Source: Schmidtea nova
Taxonomy: Eukaryota
Reading direction: 5' to 3'
Assembly: GCA_044892505.1 (NCBI GenBank)
Contig: CM097882.1
Coordinates: 561,968,001 to 562,032,000 of the forward strand
Length of the DNA: 64,000 nucleotides
Each line of letters opens with the position of its first letter. Positions within the stretch are counted from its first letter, which is position 1. A program made the translations under genes and the position numbers. The notes beneath the pieces are model-generated. The model saw only the letters and a list, made by a program, of their open reading frames with translations. It searched no databases and was not told the DNA's origin. Positions 25,701 through 39,100 of the stretch are shown here, one piece after another.

Positions 25701-26661
25701 CTTTCGTGCTATATTCGCTTGGGAACTATGTATGAATTTTGCGTAAACTTGTAAATTTACTTTTAGTGAATTCGTTATGTATTTTTATTTTTTATCATAT
25801 TCTTACTTCAGGATTCATGATGTTAATATAAAAGTAAAAAAAAATCAAAATATTTAATGTACACATTAGATATTATAGATAAAGTCATTTGAGCTAGGTT
25901 CTAGAGCATCAATGAAAGTAAATGTATGATTAGTTTTTAATACTGAAAGAATCAGTATTAAAAATCGGTAAAAATTCAGCAAAATACTTTATTCATTTCT
26001 TCATTGAACTATTAATAGTATTTATCTTCATATCAATTTTGACTAAATATAAATATTTTTATTTATTTAACGAGATTTTTCAGCATAGCCTTTTAAAATG
26101 TCGAAAATATAAAATTATTGATGAAAATGAAGATAAATGAAATTGATATATTTATTAGATCACAAATCTTACTAATTTGTATTTCAATATTTGTGAATAT
26201 TATGTATTTTAAATTTGTCTATATTTCTATATAAAATCGAGATAAATTTATTAAAAGTTGCAGAAATATTTATTTTTCACTTTTTACGAAATACACATCG
26301 ATATGCATTACAAACATGAATGTATACAAACCGCAAAAATTAGATTATAATCTCGATAATTTGTAGAAATAATTAAATTAAAGCATAATCATTATGTTGT
26401 TGTATTTTAATTGCACCTGAAATGGAAATTTGTTTATAAATTTCAGTTTATTAAAAAATACGTAATCTGCATAACAGAAATTTTTTTTAAAAAATATTTT
26501 GTATCATCACGAGGAACAGGTTAAAATCGGCAACTTTCCATTCTAATAATCTAAGTTTATTTTTCTCAAAAAAAAAACTAAAAATAAAACAAGCATGAAA
26601 AATTTATGTTAATTCATTTTTTCAAAGAATACATCATATTTTTCTCCTATTTTCTCACTTA

Positions 26662-26710
26662 TAAATAAATAAATAAATAAATAAATATATATATATATAT
26701 ATATATATAT
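26662..26710. repeat. (TAAA)n(TA)n microsatellite
   Basis: Direct reading. Confidence 0.9.
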
Positions 26711-29674
26711 GCAATTAATAAATTAATTTTATATTATTAACGCGTTCGCTACTAAGCAAAATTTAAGCGATGTAATACTCATTGCCATTTATGTTTTTGT
26801 ATTTGTGAGTATGTAAGTCCCATGTTTTAATCTGTATCTTTTATTTCAGCTTATACATATGTGCGACTCTACAGCTGTCTAGTGCGTCGCAGCCACGTAG
26901 GATACCAGTCTATTTTTAAAAAAAATTTTTAAATTTGTATTACATAATATCCCGAAATTTTTTTTAGTTTCAATAGAATATAATAAATTCTTTTTAATAA
27001 TTAATAAATTAATTAACTTTATTTAAACTTCTTTAAACTTCTATTAATTACGTAAAAATTAATATATAATCGAATGCATTCTGTAAAACTGTTTCTTTAA
27101 CATCCATTAAATATATAATATTTTTGGTGATATATCACCGGCTGTAGCTCAAAAGTAACTTTTGATTCATGGGGATCTACTGTTATAACTCAGAGTTACA
27201 ACTAGCTTCCCTTAACAACTATTATGACTTTTTACACTATTAAATATTTCGAAGAAAGATTTAATGGATCAAGGTGATTTTCTAACTAATTTAGATAATT
27301 AATATTATTTAAAACCTAAATTTTGTTAACTAAATATATATCAAAAGAAATAAGTTAAATAAAATCAACAAAAAATGTAAAATTTGCTTAAAAAATTAGA
27401 AGAATCTATATGAAAATGGGATTGAAATTAAAGCGTTATTTTCAATTACAATTATGTTTTACTTATATTTTTCTTTAAATATTTGTTTACGCGGTTAAGT
27501 TGGCCAAAAAAATTAAAACTAGAGTGCAAGGTTTAAAGAAAATATTGAGTCACTCCTGCCTGTACACACTGATATGATGTGTCTGTAGCCGAAGAGGCTT
27601 GCCAATAGGCATTAAACGCATTTAAATATACGAGTAATTAAACAAATAAAAACATAGACAATTACACTTAGCCCTCGATTTACATGGTAGATTGGTTCCT
27701 CAAAAATGCCGTGTAAATTGAAACTATTATTAGTAATTAAATATATATTTTATTTAAAAAATATGTGTTGAATCTAATATTAAAGAATATATATTACAAA
27801 TTTCTTTTTAATAAAATTAATATATTTTGATATTATATGCGGAATTTTTCCGCATTTTTTCTTTCGTGTTAAACCGAAACCGTGCAAATCGAGGGCTAAG
27901 TGTACAATATTAGGGTTTTTCAAATGTTAAACTTATTCAATTTAGTGCTCAATTTGTATAGCTTGAGTGTGTATTTTGATGAAATGGGGCATCAACATGA
28001 ACATTAAGTTATCTATCAACTTGCATATTTTTTCAGTAAATAATGTTGCATATGAAACGAGATTAGGCAGATGTAAGGGATACAACACTGAAAAGAAATT
28101 TAAAGAAAATTAAATAAAACTAACATGTTTTAAAATGATGTTCAGTCTGGTTACAATGGAGTATGAAAGTTATATTCAATTACAACACAAACTAAAAAAC
28201 CTTTTAATGAGAACTTCATATTATCGTTGGTATAATTAGTATCACTACTCAATACGAAAATAAATTTAATATTTCACTATTAAACTAACGTAAAATGGAT
28301 AAAAAGATATGCTAGGAAGGATATTCTTTTAGTGACTACTAATTCAAAGTATTTGAAGTCATAGTGAAACCTGTTTATTCCGAGCGCGTTTGGGTCCATG
28401 AATTTTGTACTCTTTATTAATAAACTCTAATTACACTAAACGTTAGCCAGAACCAAATATTTTGTCTGTAATATGCAGATGTCTGCAATAAACAGGTTTA
28501 ATTTAAACCTCATTTTGATCTGAAATACTTTTACAAAACCAATTGCAGTGTAATTATCCGCAATGAAAAGGGAACTAGCGATGGAACAAGTTCTTCGCAC
28601 ACAAATTCTTGTTGAACATCTTTTACAAATGTAGAAAAAGAATCTATCAATTTATCTACGAGATTACTGATGGCGCTGGGTGGTTAGAGAAGCCTTAACA
28701 TTCTTGATTGTTGTCTTGGAACTGTTTATAATTTTACATCATAATTGATTTGTTGACAATTAAAGAGTAAAATAATCTTTATAGCTTTTATCTAATATTG
28801 CAGTTATTTATTTATTTTATTATGGTTTTTATACATTTATTATGTTCTAATGGAATTTTGCTAGAGTGGTACGACGGAGGGGTTTTCTAAGAGGAATATT
28901 GTCCGAAAATCATTTGAAACACATTGAATTATTTATTATTAAATTAAGTTTATTAGTAATTAAAATATAAATTAATGAATAAAAAATGAATAAAAATGCC
29001 CATTAGTACAGAGATTGAGAATTTTCTAAAAATTGAAAATAATCAAAAAAATTTAATTCACCAATCATAACTTAAATCGATTCCGTACAAAATACTTTAT
29101 AATTTATGTGCACTCTCGAAATTTTTACTTTAATAATCAGTACATGGGAAATAACTGCATTATATTTGATAAAATAAATAAATGATTTTCTTATAAAAAT
29201 ATATAGACTCTCATTATTAAATTAAAAATATATTAAAATGTATCCGGATATCGTTCTTAAATTTAACTATTTAAAGATATTGTTTTTAATTTGTTTATCA
29301 AATGCTTAATTCGGTAAGAATATTCGGTTAAGGACCAATTAATTGTTAAAACCGAAGATAAGAATAAAAATAAAATTTGTGAATTTTTATACACGTGAAA
29401 AGTCTCACTGAGTTTAAATATTTTAAAAATACCTTTAACTTATTTTTGATAGATCAAGAATTTTATAATAAAATTTGTAATAAAATAAATAACGGATCAC
29501 ATATTTTAAAACTTTAGCATAAATAAATTTTTATTTCTAAAATCCAACTCTCAAATCAATCGTGGGACAAGTAATAATACGTATTTACATTTAATTATAA
29601 TATATCATTAGGAGTAATGAAAAATAATTAATTTTTATTTAAAAACTTTTTAAACATTTATTTTATTAAAATTA

Positions 29675-30707
29675 TAAAGGTGTGCCGGAAAGTAATCCAT
29701 TATTTTCAAAATCTATAATTTAAAATGATCTGCATTGTAGAGCCGGATACGGAAGTTAATGAAACTGATTTAAGACATTGAATGTAGTTTTCTTTACCAA
29801 AGTATAATGCAACTGAGGCTAACAGAACCATCTACACAACTTTTGTGATGTATTGAAGGTAAATAAATGGCAACGTTGGTTTAGAAAGTTTACATCTGGT
29901 TATTTTGATCTGTATGATGGTGAACATTTCGGAAAGCCATCCAGGCTGGATGATGACATGCTTACGTCATTAGTTGAGTCTGACCGACGTCAAATAATAC
30001 AAGATTTGCTACATATACTCAACTCCTTATGATCAACCGTTCAGGAACATTTAAAGAAAATCGGAAAGATGAATCTCATAATCTTTCCGAAAACAACAAA
30101 GAACAGTGGCGAAAAACTTGTAATGCTTTGTTATCAGATAAAAAATTGAGACGTTTTCGAATGATCTTATATTGGTAATGAAAGTTTGGTTCTCTTTTCA
30201 AATAAATTTTAGAAACGTTCCAAAATACCCCAACGCTAACTGAAGTAAAACAAAGTGAATTATTACTTTAAAAAAAAATAACTCTATCTTCACGAAATAA
30301 ATAAAATAAATAAAAAAGTTGAGAAAAATCGTAACCAAAAAAACGCAACTTCCAAAAATCGACGACGCATGTTGAAAATTGGTGTTAATTCTGGTGCGAC
30401 ATTAGTTCGAAAAAACGCAAAACAAATCAATGTAAAGCGAGTCCTAGGTGTATTAAATTAGGAAAATGGCTTTTCTCAAATCTGAAAAAAGACATTGAAG
30501 GATTTCGATGATGTCAATTCCATCTTAACACTTTTTTGCGTCGAAAAATAGAATTTTTTTAAATGAAATTGAATAACTTCAAGAACGTTAGCAAACCATT
30601 ATAAATAATGATGAAAATTACATAATTGATTAACATGTATTTATTCCAAGAAAATTAATGATTAAAAAGTTGTTAAAAAATAAATAATTACTTTCCGGTG
30701 CTCTTTA
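29675..30707 (+). mobile_element. Decayed mariner element
   Basis: TIRs TAAAGGTGTGCCGGAAAGTAAT / ATTACTTTCCGGTGCTCTTTA flanked by TA; FRKFTSGYFDLYDGEHFGKPSRLDDDMLTSLVESD resembles the mariner N-terminal region. Confidence 0.8.
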
Positions 30708-32302
30708 TATTTACATTAATAAGTAACAAATAAAAATAAATAAATAAAAATAAATAAATGCGTACGCAAAACTGAAATTTGTAAAATGATTTTTAAATGC
30801 TGCAAACTAAATTAGATATGTTAAATAATTAATAACAAATTTAAAGCAAATGATTTAATATTCAATTAATGCTGCTACCAAGAAATCAACATTTTATACT
30901 AAATTAGATAAGAAAATAATTTCGAAAGTGATTTGGAAATTATTTTCTATTTTGATATAGAATTATGGTTGTTTTTTATTGATAAATATGGTTTAATTAA
31001 AGTATTTATAATTGCTTTAATATTTTTTGATAATTTTGAGATTAAAATTTAAATAAATATTTCAAATGTTAATTACAACAGCAATTTTTATTGGTGATTG
31101 AATTCGTTAAGAATGCTTATAATGAAATAATTATTTACCAGATTCAAATGATAAGGGGAATTTAATAAAGTTTAACGGAATGTTGTTTAAGACCTTTATA
31201 AAGCAGAATAAAGAGAGATATTTGAAAAGAAGATAATAATAATAGAAAATAAATAAATTTAAAAATGAATAAAAAGAATGTCATCATTAATTAACAATTG
31301 GAAATTGGAAAAAAATATATCAAAAATATCTCCACAACTCCAATACTTATCAAAAGGGTTGATAAATATCAGAACTGTGCAGGCATAACAAAAGTTGAAT
31401 TTGACCACCAAAATTATTGGAAAAAGAAAAAAAGCAATTGCATACTCTACAACATAATGGAGGCATATTGGTAAATTATTGAGAGGTTTGAGAATGCAGT
31501 GAAAATGGAAATTATTATTGAGTATAGGAATTTTAAAGTAATTTAGTAAAATCCAAATTGATAGATATTTAACTTTGTGTGAATTTTTGTAAATTAAAAA
31601 GAAATTGTGAAGTCAAGGTAAAGAAAGCAACGACACCAATTTAATCAAGATATTAAACGTGAGACGGTAACCAAGTGCTTGTAAATCTGAGTTCTATCCA
31701 AATGAGCTATTCTTTACAGAACATTGTGATAAAATTTGCAAACTGTTGAGGTATCTAATCAATTTTTGTAGTTGTGATCAGTAAATCCAAGTTTGGATCG
31801 TAACTGGTCTGATAAATAAACGTTTAAATTATTCAAAATTAGTTACTGTTATTAAACAAAGTACGATTGGAGTCCAGATCAACAGTTATTAATTATTAAT
31901 TCCACTGACAATAAGTAGTTTAATTTAAAAATAGTGAAAAATGATAACAGTACTTCTTTTCTATCTCTGATCAATTTATATAATAACCGAGCTAACCGTA
32001 CAAAGGTGGGATTTTATTTTTGTTTATAATAAGTAAGTAACAAATTACTAAATTATATTAAATGTTTAAAAATAATATTAACAAAAAAGCAGTTCAAAGT
32101 TCCATAATTAAATTATAAATTGATTAAACTGTTGAATATCTTAAACATGTGCCATCGAATATAAAGTGATCAGAGGAAAATATTGTTTTGAGATTTTTAA
32201 GACTATTTCAAACAAAATATGTAATAATAATAATAATAATTAGTATTATTTATTATAATTATTATTATTAAAAATAATTAATTTAACTTAAATAATATTT
32301 AA

Positions 32303-33148
32303 TTAATTTAATAATAAATATACCGTTTCAATTTTAATTTCTTTATTAGGAAATTTTTGTTTGATCCAACTTTTGTCATTGAAATTCTCAGTTTGTGAAT
32401 TGCATAATTTATTTACTTGATTAGATTTTTGGAAAGAATATTTTTCTGTCCCCTGAGTTGGTTCATAGAGACTTTTACACCGTTCACCATCTTTCATTCG
32501 AGATCTCGAAACTCGACTATTAATATTAGAGGTGTCTTTTAATGATTTCATTGATTTGTTTTCATTTATCAAAGCAAGGGTCGGTTTTGATGACCTTGAA
32601 GTCGAACGATTGCGAAAGAAAAATTTTATTTTTTCAGATAACGAAACATGAGGAGATTTCACATTATTAGTTTGATCTGTGTTGACTTCTTTAACTTCGA
32701 TTCTTTCCACGTTTCTAGATTTAAATGGCACTGAAGCTGACCGACAGATTTTCATAACGTCTTTTACAGGAGACCATTCAGAAGAAACCGGTGGCAAATA
32801 TGGTTTGCAATCTTTATTTGAACTGTTAATACTTTTCAAAGTGCACTCGTCATATTTATTGCAGGTTTTAGATTCATAATCTCTAAATGATTGACAATGA
32901 TTGTTGTTTTGAAAATTGTCGTTTTCATTATTATTATTATTTGTGCTACTGTCAGCAGTTTGAAAGGAATTTATTTCAAAAGGAAACTGAAATTTAACAA
33001 ACACATCTGTGCTAGTGAGAGAAGACCGTTTAGAAATTCTTTGATTTCCAGGCGAAATGTAAACTAAAGATGGTGGCATTTCATTTGGGAGATTGAAATC
33101 TTTTTTACTGAAATCTTCCGAAAGTGGTCTTCTTTTCCACAGTTTCAT
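32303..33148 (-). CDS. Ser/Asn/Lys-rich ORF, probably the large first exon of an unidentified host gene
   Basis: 281-codon ORF in AT-rich DNA; likely donor GTATAT after ...EIKIET; downstream exons not resolved. Confidence 0.55.
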   Translation of the reverse strand: MKLWKRRPLSEDFSKKDFNLPNEMPPSLVYISPGNQRISKRSSLTSTDVFVKFQFPFEINSFQTADSSTNNNNNENDNFQNNNHCQSFRDYESKTCNKYDECTLKSINSSNKDCKPYLPPVSSEWSPVKDVMKICRSASVPFKSRNVERIEVKEVNTDQTNNVKSPHVSLSEKIKFFFRNRSTSRSSKPTLALINENKSMKSLKDTSNINSRVSRSRMKDGERCKSLYEPTQGTEKYSFQKSNQVNKLCNSQTENFNDKSWIKQKFPNKEIKIETVYLLLN

Positions 33149-35809
33149 TAATAATTCACAATTTTACTCACCTAACATATAATCATAAATGTATTGTAAA
33201 AATTAAGTTTAATTAATTTATATAAATAAATGACTAATTATTAGTATTAATAGTTAAAACATATTTATAGATATTAAAATATCGTAAATTTAATTTTTTT
33301 AAAGACCTTCAGAAATAGAATTGATGTATTAAAACACCAAATATAAATTATAATAAAGATGTGATGTTAAATTTGAATACTTTTTTATTAAAAGCGAAAT
33401 AAAATTAATTTATAATTTTAAAATATTTATATGAAAATTTTGAGAAAAAAATATTTTTTCCAATCGTTGAAAAATTTCAAAGATTTTAGTGATGTTAAAT
33501 ATACTATTTATAAAAAAAATAATATTACAAAGTATGTTTAAAAAACTAGTAAACAAAAATAATTTTCTTATTCAGAATTAAAAGATTTTCGATAATAAAT
33601 ATTAAATAATTTACTGAGGACAGTTGTAAAAAACAAAATAAAATATGTTAACAATCATTTATTAAACAAAACAGTTTTTCTTTAGAACTTCCAATGTCAA
33701 AATCAATGAAGCCAAATTTTTTCAAAATATTCAAAGATCTAAAATTAGAAATTTATTAATAATAAGAAATATTTTTGCTTCAATATTTATTATAAATTGA
33801 ATAGTGAAATCAACGTGAATAATATACAGTGTTTGAAAATATTTTCAGAAGTTTTTACTAGTCTGATATTTGAACCGAAATGGGCCAAGAATTTTAAAAC
33901 CTCATACCTTTTTCCCTGGAAAATATTAATTTTTGATTTTAATAAATTTGATTTTGATTAATTTTGCTCTTAATTTAAATTTTAAATGCTTTTCACGTGA
34001 GATTTTGCACTTTCAAATTTTAGTTGTATGTTTTATAAAATCCCAACAAAATCATTAACTAGGAATGTAATTTTCTAATTTTACTTATTATTACTATTAT
34101 TTTAAAAATAAATCTTTTAATATCTGTTTTTGTCACTTATCTAGAATCGCATTATATACCAAGAATTCCATTAATTCTATCAGAATTGTCGTTTTCATTT
34201 AAATATTTATAATTTTCCATTTTTTTCATTCGCACTGACTATGAATAAATCGCTGGAGTAATTCCTTGAAGTTATTGATTTAGGCTTGAGATACAAATGT
34301 TTATAATATTGTTGGGGTTGCCTGAACAAGCTTGAAATAAAAAATAAAAAGCACAAAAACTAAAAATACGAAAATTGGAAAAATAATAATTAAAGTGCAT
34401 ACATTAATTCAAAATTTATAAAATTCAAAATTAAAGATTAAACGAGGGAAACTTGTATGTGAGGATGCCAAATGATGAGACGAATTCAAATATGGGTATA
34501 TAAAATTAAAAAAGGACCCCAGAAATAAATATTAAGAAAATACAAATTAATTAAAATAATTAATTACCTATTGAAAAACCCAGCAATGTGGGAAACCCGG
34601 GGCATTCAACAAATTCATTTAATTATCCAAATAAATTGAAAGAGTAAAGGATGCCTCGGAAAGAGCCGCAAAATCAATTTGTTTAAATCAAATTATGCAG
34701 CGACAAAGACAATTGAATTATTTTGTCTTGGCTGATGACAGGATGAAAGGAAAAAGGCAGTATATAAACAGAGTAATTTTCCGATATCGCCAGTTGGTCG
34801 AAGGATCTGAAAGTCGAAAAGAAAGCTGAAACGGTAATTAAAAGTTAGAGTATCGATTTATCAATTTTCCTGCGTAAAAAAGGGAGATTTTCCATTGGGT
34901 CTTCTACCATAACGCAGAGTGCAAATAACAGTTATAACTTTTGTGATTGAATTGGAGAAATAAAAACTGTTTTGTGTTGGGTCTAATTTATTGTTGTGAA
35001 AGAAAGAACACAAGAGTCAGATACCAACTGACTATTCATTAATAACCAAACAATATATATGTCGGTATGTCAAAAGTGAAGTACCCAAGAAAATTACATA
35101 TTGTCATCGATAAAAATGCGGTAATTAAAAATATTGTATACGACGAAGTACTAAAATAATATAAAATAATTTTTTCTGGTAAAAACCTCGAGCTCAGCCT
35201 GGTTTGATGCTACTTACTAATGAATGTATAAATATGATCAATATTTTATTTTATTGAATTTGTTTATTTCTTTAAGATGCAAATTTTATTATTAAAAATG
35301 GTGTTTTTTTAATATTTATAATATTTTCTTTATAATCTACGATGAAATTTCGAGAAGTTTGAAGTCTTAAATTAAAAATTTCGAGGGTAAAATTACTCTA
35401 ACAATATAAAGATTTTACAGTTTGCTTAGAGTTTTAAATATGGTCTTTTAAATCAGAGAAATTATAATTAGAAATCTGCTATATATAAAACAATCTATTC
35501 TAAAATTAGTGAAATTTTAATAAGGTGATGAATATAAGTTTATTTTATCATTTCACTTTAAAACCTTAGAAGGCAATACTTTCAAAACACATTCTTATCA
35601 AATAGTTTTCTATTAGTATTTTTATGAACAAAATATCTTAAGTTTAACATATTAACTTCTATATTGGTATTAAAATACTATGTTGGTCACATGTAATATA
35701 ATCTTGTATTTTCAGTGAGCCCAAGGTGGTCATCAAGAGCTGGAACTGCTATATTTTTAATAATGATTAAAACAATACCAATTTCATCAACTAAAAGATT
35801 AGGTTAGAA

Positions 35810-36046
35810 CAGGGGTCCGCAACCTTTTAGTTGTGATGTGTCAAGCCACTCTACCAATTAATTCAGGGTGCCACCTTATTTCTTTTTACAAATAAGTAAT
35901 GGTATATGTCTGTCACATTAAATATTACAGTTCTTTATAAAAATAATTTGATCAGAAAATTATCTTTTAAATATATTTAATTGAAAAACAAACAACATAA
36001 AATGCCATTTATAACTCCACTGCGTACCATAGGTTGCCAATTCCTG
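35810..36046. mobile_element. hAT-type MITE
   Basis: CAGGGG...CCTG ends; 8-bp TSD GGTTAGAA at 35802-35809 and 36047-36054. Confidence 0.85.
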
Positions 36047-36132
36047 GGTTAGAACATGCAAAACAAATGTGGCATTACGTGATATGGTTTCATTTAGTTT
36101 TATTTTGTTTTATATAGTTATTAAAATATTAC

Positions 36133-39100
36133 CTTGTCATATTTACAGATTTTGATCTGTCTGTGACAGCTTTAATGATTTTATTTTTTGCAAATGAATC
36201 GGAAACCTGAATCAGAAAAAAATTTTTATTGATAAAAATTTGATAACTCTAACCTCAATCGCTCTGTGGAGAATATTATCGGAGATATTGACAAATCTTG
36301 CTGCCTGAATAGCATGACTGCATTCAATATGACCATCAACCAATTGGTATAAATATATTAATTGACTGTTTTTGTCTTCAATAATATTGAAATTCTATCA
36401 ACCATATCATTTGTACTTCACAATATTTATCTCACTTTAAACTGAACCTTCGGCAGATCTTGGATAAGAGAAAATAATCTATGAAAATGAGTAACTAGAA
36501 ATATATGGGGACAATCAGATTTCTTTGCTACCATAAACCGAAGAAAAGCTACAATCAAAGAAATTCCTGACTTCTAAGAAATTAAAAAGAATCAAAAAAA
36601 ATACAAAAAATGCGTGAAAAATCACAAAAACTGAAATAGAATTGTCATTACCATCTCTTATTCTCACCATTAATCTTTTCGTTTCTATTTCAGAAATTTT
36701 CATTATTTTTATAAAAACGATATATCAATAGTTTTTTATTATAAAGTTACACGAATTTTGGGCACAGCTTTTTTTGAGTACACCCATGAAATAGGCTGGG
36801 CCGATAATTCATGTAACTTTATAAAAAAAATATTGACCTATTGTCGTTTTAAAAATAATAAAATGCTATTGTTATAAATTTATAAAACGTATATGGTTTT
36901 AAAATTTGTAAATTTCTAACTCCTTTACTGCCTTGCGTACAAATATCTTCATTCTTCGAAGGAGTGATTGCTAGCATATTTATAGTCAGTTGCTTGGTAT
37001 GACTTTAATTGAATGAATCGCTGTTGTTATATTCTGCCATGTTCATATAAATGATAAACCCCCTAAAGTATACTGATGAATAACAACTAATTTCTTGCAT
37101 AATCACTTCGTGCACTATCAGAGACTCGGTCAATTTGCTGTGGGAAATCTTGACTCTTCACGTTGTAACATTAACAACAACAATAATACCTTTCCATGAT
37201 TTCAAAATCTCCTTTAATTTATTTATCAAATTCTTTTTCAAATTCTTTATTTTATTCCAGCAAACGTGATTTCTGTAATTTTGCTCCCGTTTTTAAGGTT
37301 CAATAATCTTATGATTGCTGGCTCATTTTGCTTCTACCGATTTTCTAGGCATGGAAAGATAGCTAGTTAACATCAAGGATTCACTTATTTAGCTTCCAAG
37401 CGCCCATTAACCATGTTATTATAACTACCCTAGAAAATCCATTTTATTTGCTCACTAGTTTGCTTACATACTTATCTTTTAATCTGATTTACATAACTAA
37501 CTAATTAAAAATTATCTATTTTAACATATTTTAACAATTCGTTTTCATCTCGTTATTCGTCATCATTAACTCTATTCCTAACATATTTTACAAATTTTTA
37601 ATCCAATAAATAATTGATTATCTTTTGGTTTCACCTTTAATCTCTTTTTTTAACTCAATAATTTTCATATTAATTTTTGTAGGACTAAATTAAATTTGTT
37701 TTTGTAAAGACACGATATTTTGGCAAGGCCTTTAGCAACATTTTTATACACACTTGATAAAGGCTATGTCGAAATATGGTGTCCTGAAAATAGGTTTTGA
37801 TCTATAGTCTTACAAAAGTAAATATGAAAATTATTGAAGCTGAAAATATAGACTATTAATAAGATGTCCTGTTAAATAATTAACAGTATTTAGCTGTAAA
37901 AACAACTGATTTGCAAAAATTTTAGTCAGAGTGCAATAATCCGAAATAAACCTACGTTTCTATGAATATTGATTTTTTGCAGCCCACCTAAAGTTAAACC
38001 TTGTTTGTTTGGCCCAAGTTCGCCTATGAGTTTGACACCCTTGAGTTAAAGGGTTTCTTCACAACTTAAAAATGTTTTTTTTAAATATTTTTCTAATTCT
38101 TAAATCAATTTTTGAATTTTAAGCACAAAAACTTAATCGTTTTTTAAAATTTTAGCTCATAAAACCAATTTATTTTTTAGAAAGATGCTTTTGCTCTATT
38201 ACGCTTCGTTTTCGAATCTATAACTTGACTAATTTTTTGTTTTATAACTCCGTCTGATCTTACTTTTCATTTTATACTTTTCACCGCGTCTTGCAAGAGT
38301 AACGGAATTTTAAATTACAGTGTTATAATAATTGAGAACATAAATTCAGTATATATCTCGAGGAGATGTATAACAATATGATTTTAAAGACTCCCTTCAA
38401 TGAGTGAGCTGAAGTTTATCCGGATGAGATTTAGAAAATATCTATTCATATATGTTATACTATTATTGTAAGGAAAGGTTATATTATTAAACCCTTTCAA
38501 TACGACTTTTGATCAGCGAATTTGTTTATATGTAAATGATAAAGATTTGTATCTACGTCTCTATAATTCATAAGAATTCATAAATCCCATTCAAATGCAT
38601 AATAAATGTAACATTAAAAATCAGAAGTTTTTAAACATATCTCGGGATGTATGGCAGCACCGAAAAGGTCAAATTAAATTCATCCATTATATGAAAAGAC
38701 AAAATGTCCGTAATATGGGCGAGAATAACAACTTTAAATTGTATTAATTAATAAATAAGTAACAAAATAGGCCTTTGCTGCAAAAATAATTTTCTCACTT
38801 AATAAAATTATTTTTGCAGCAAAGGCTTATTTTGTTACTTATTTATTAATTAATTTAATACTTAATGCTGCTACCAAGGAATCACCATTTTAAACTTTAA
38901 ATTGTGTATTTATATAATAAAATTATAATAAAATATAACGTTCCATCTTATTATATTTTATAGAAGAAATTGTTTTGGGAAAAAAGTTTACGTTTTCTAC
39001 AATTACAAGTTATTTTGATTTTCTTAAAATTCTGTTTAAGATAGAATATTGAGACAATATGGAAATCGTTAAAATTTTCAACCTTCTTCACCTTTGACTT

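Noticed and set aside
27555-27615. Second hammerhead-like motif (CTGATATGA...CCGAAG)
   Set aside because: Both core boxes deviate from CUGANGA and GAAA, and stem II does not pair convincingly.
34203-34330. Possible last exon of MSH5 on the minus strand (phase-compatible, ...LFRQPQQYY...NGKL*)
   Set aside because: No similarity to MSH5 C-termini that I can recognise, so it was left out of the model.
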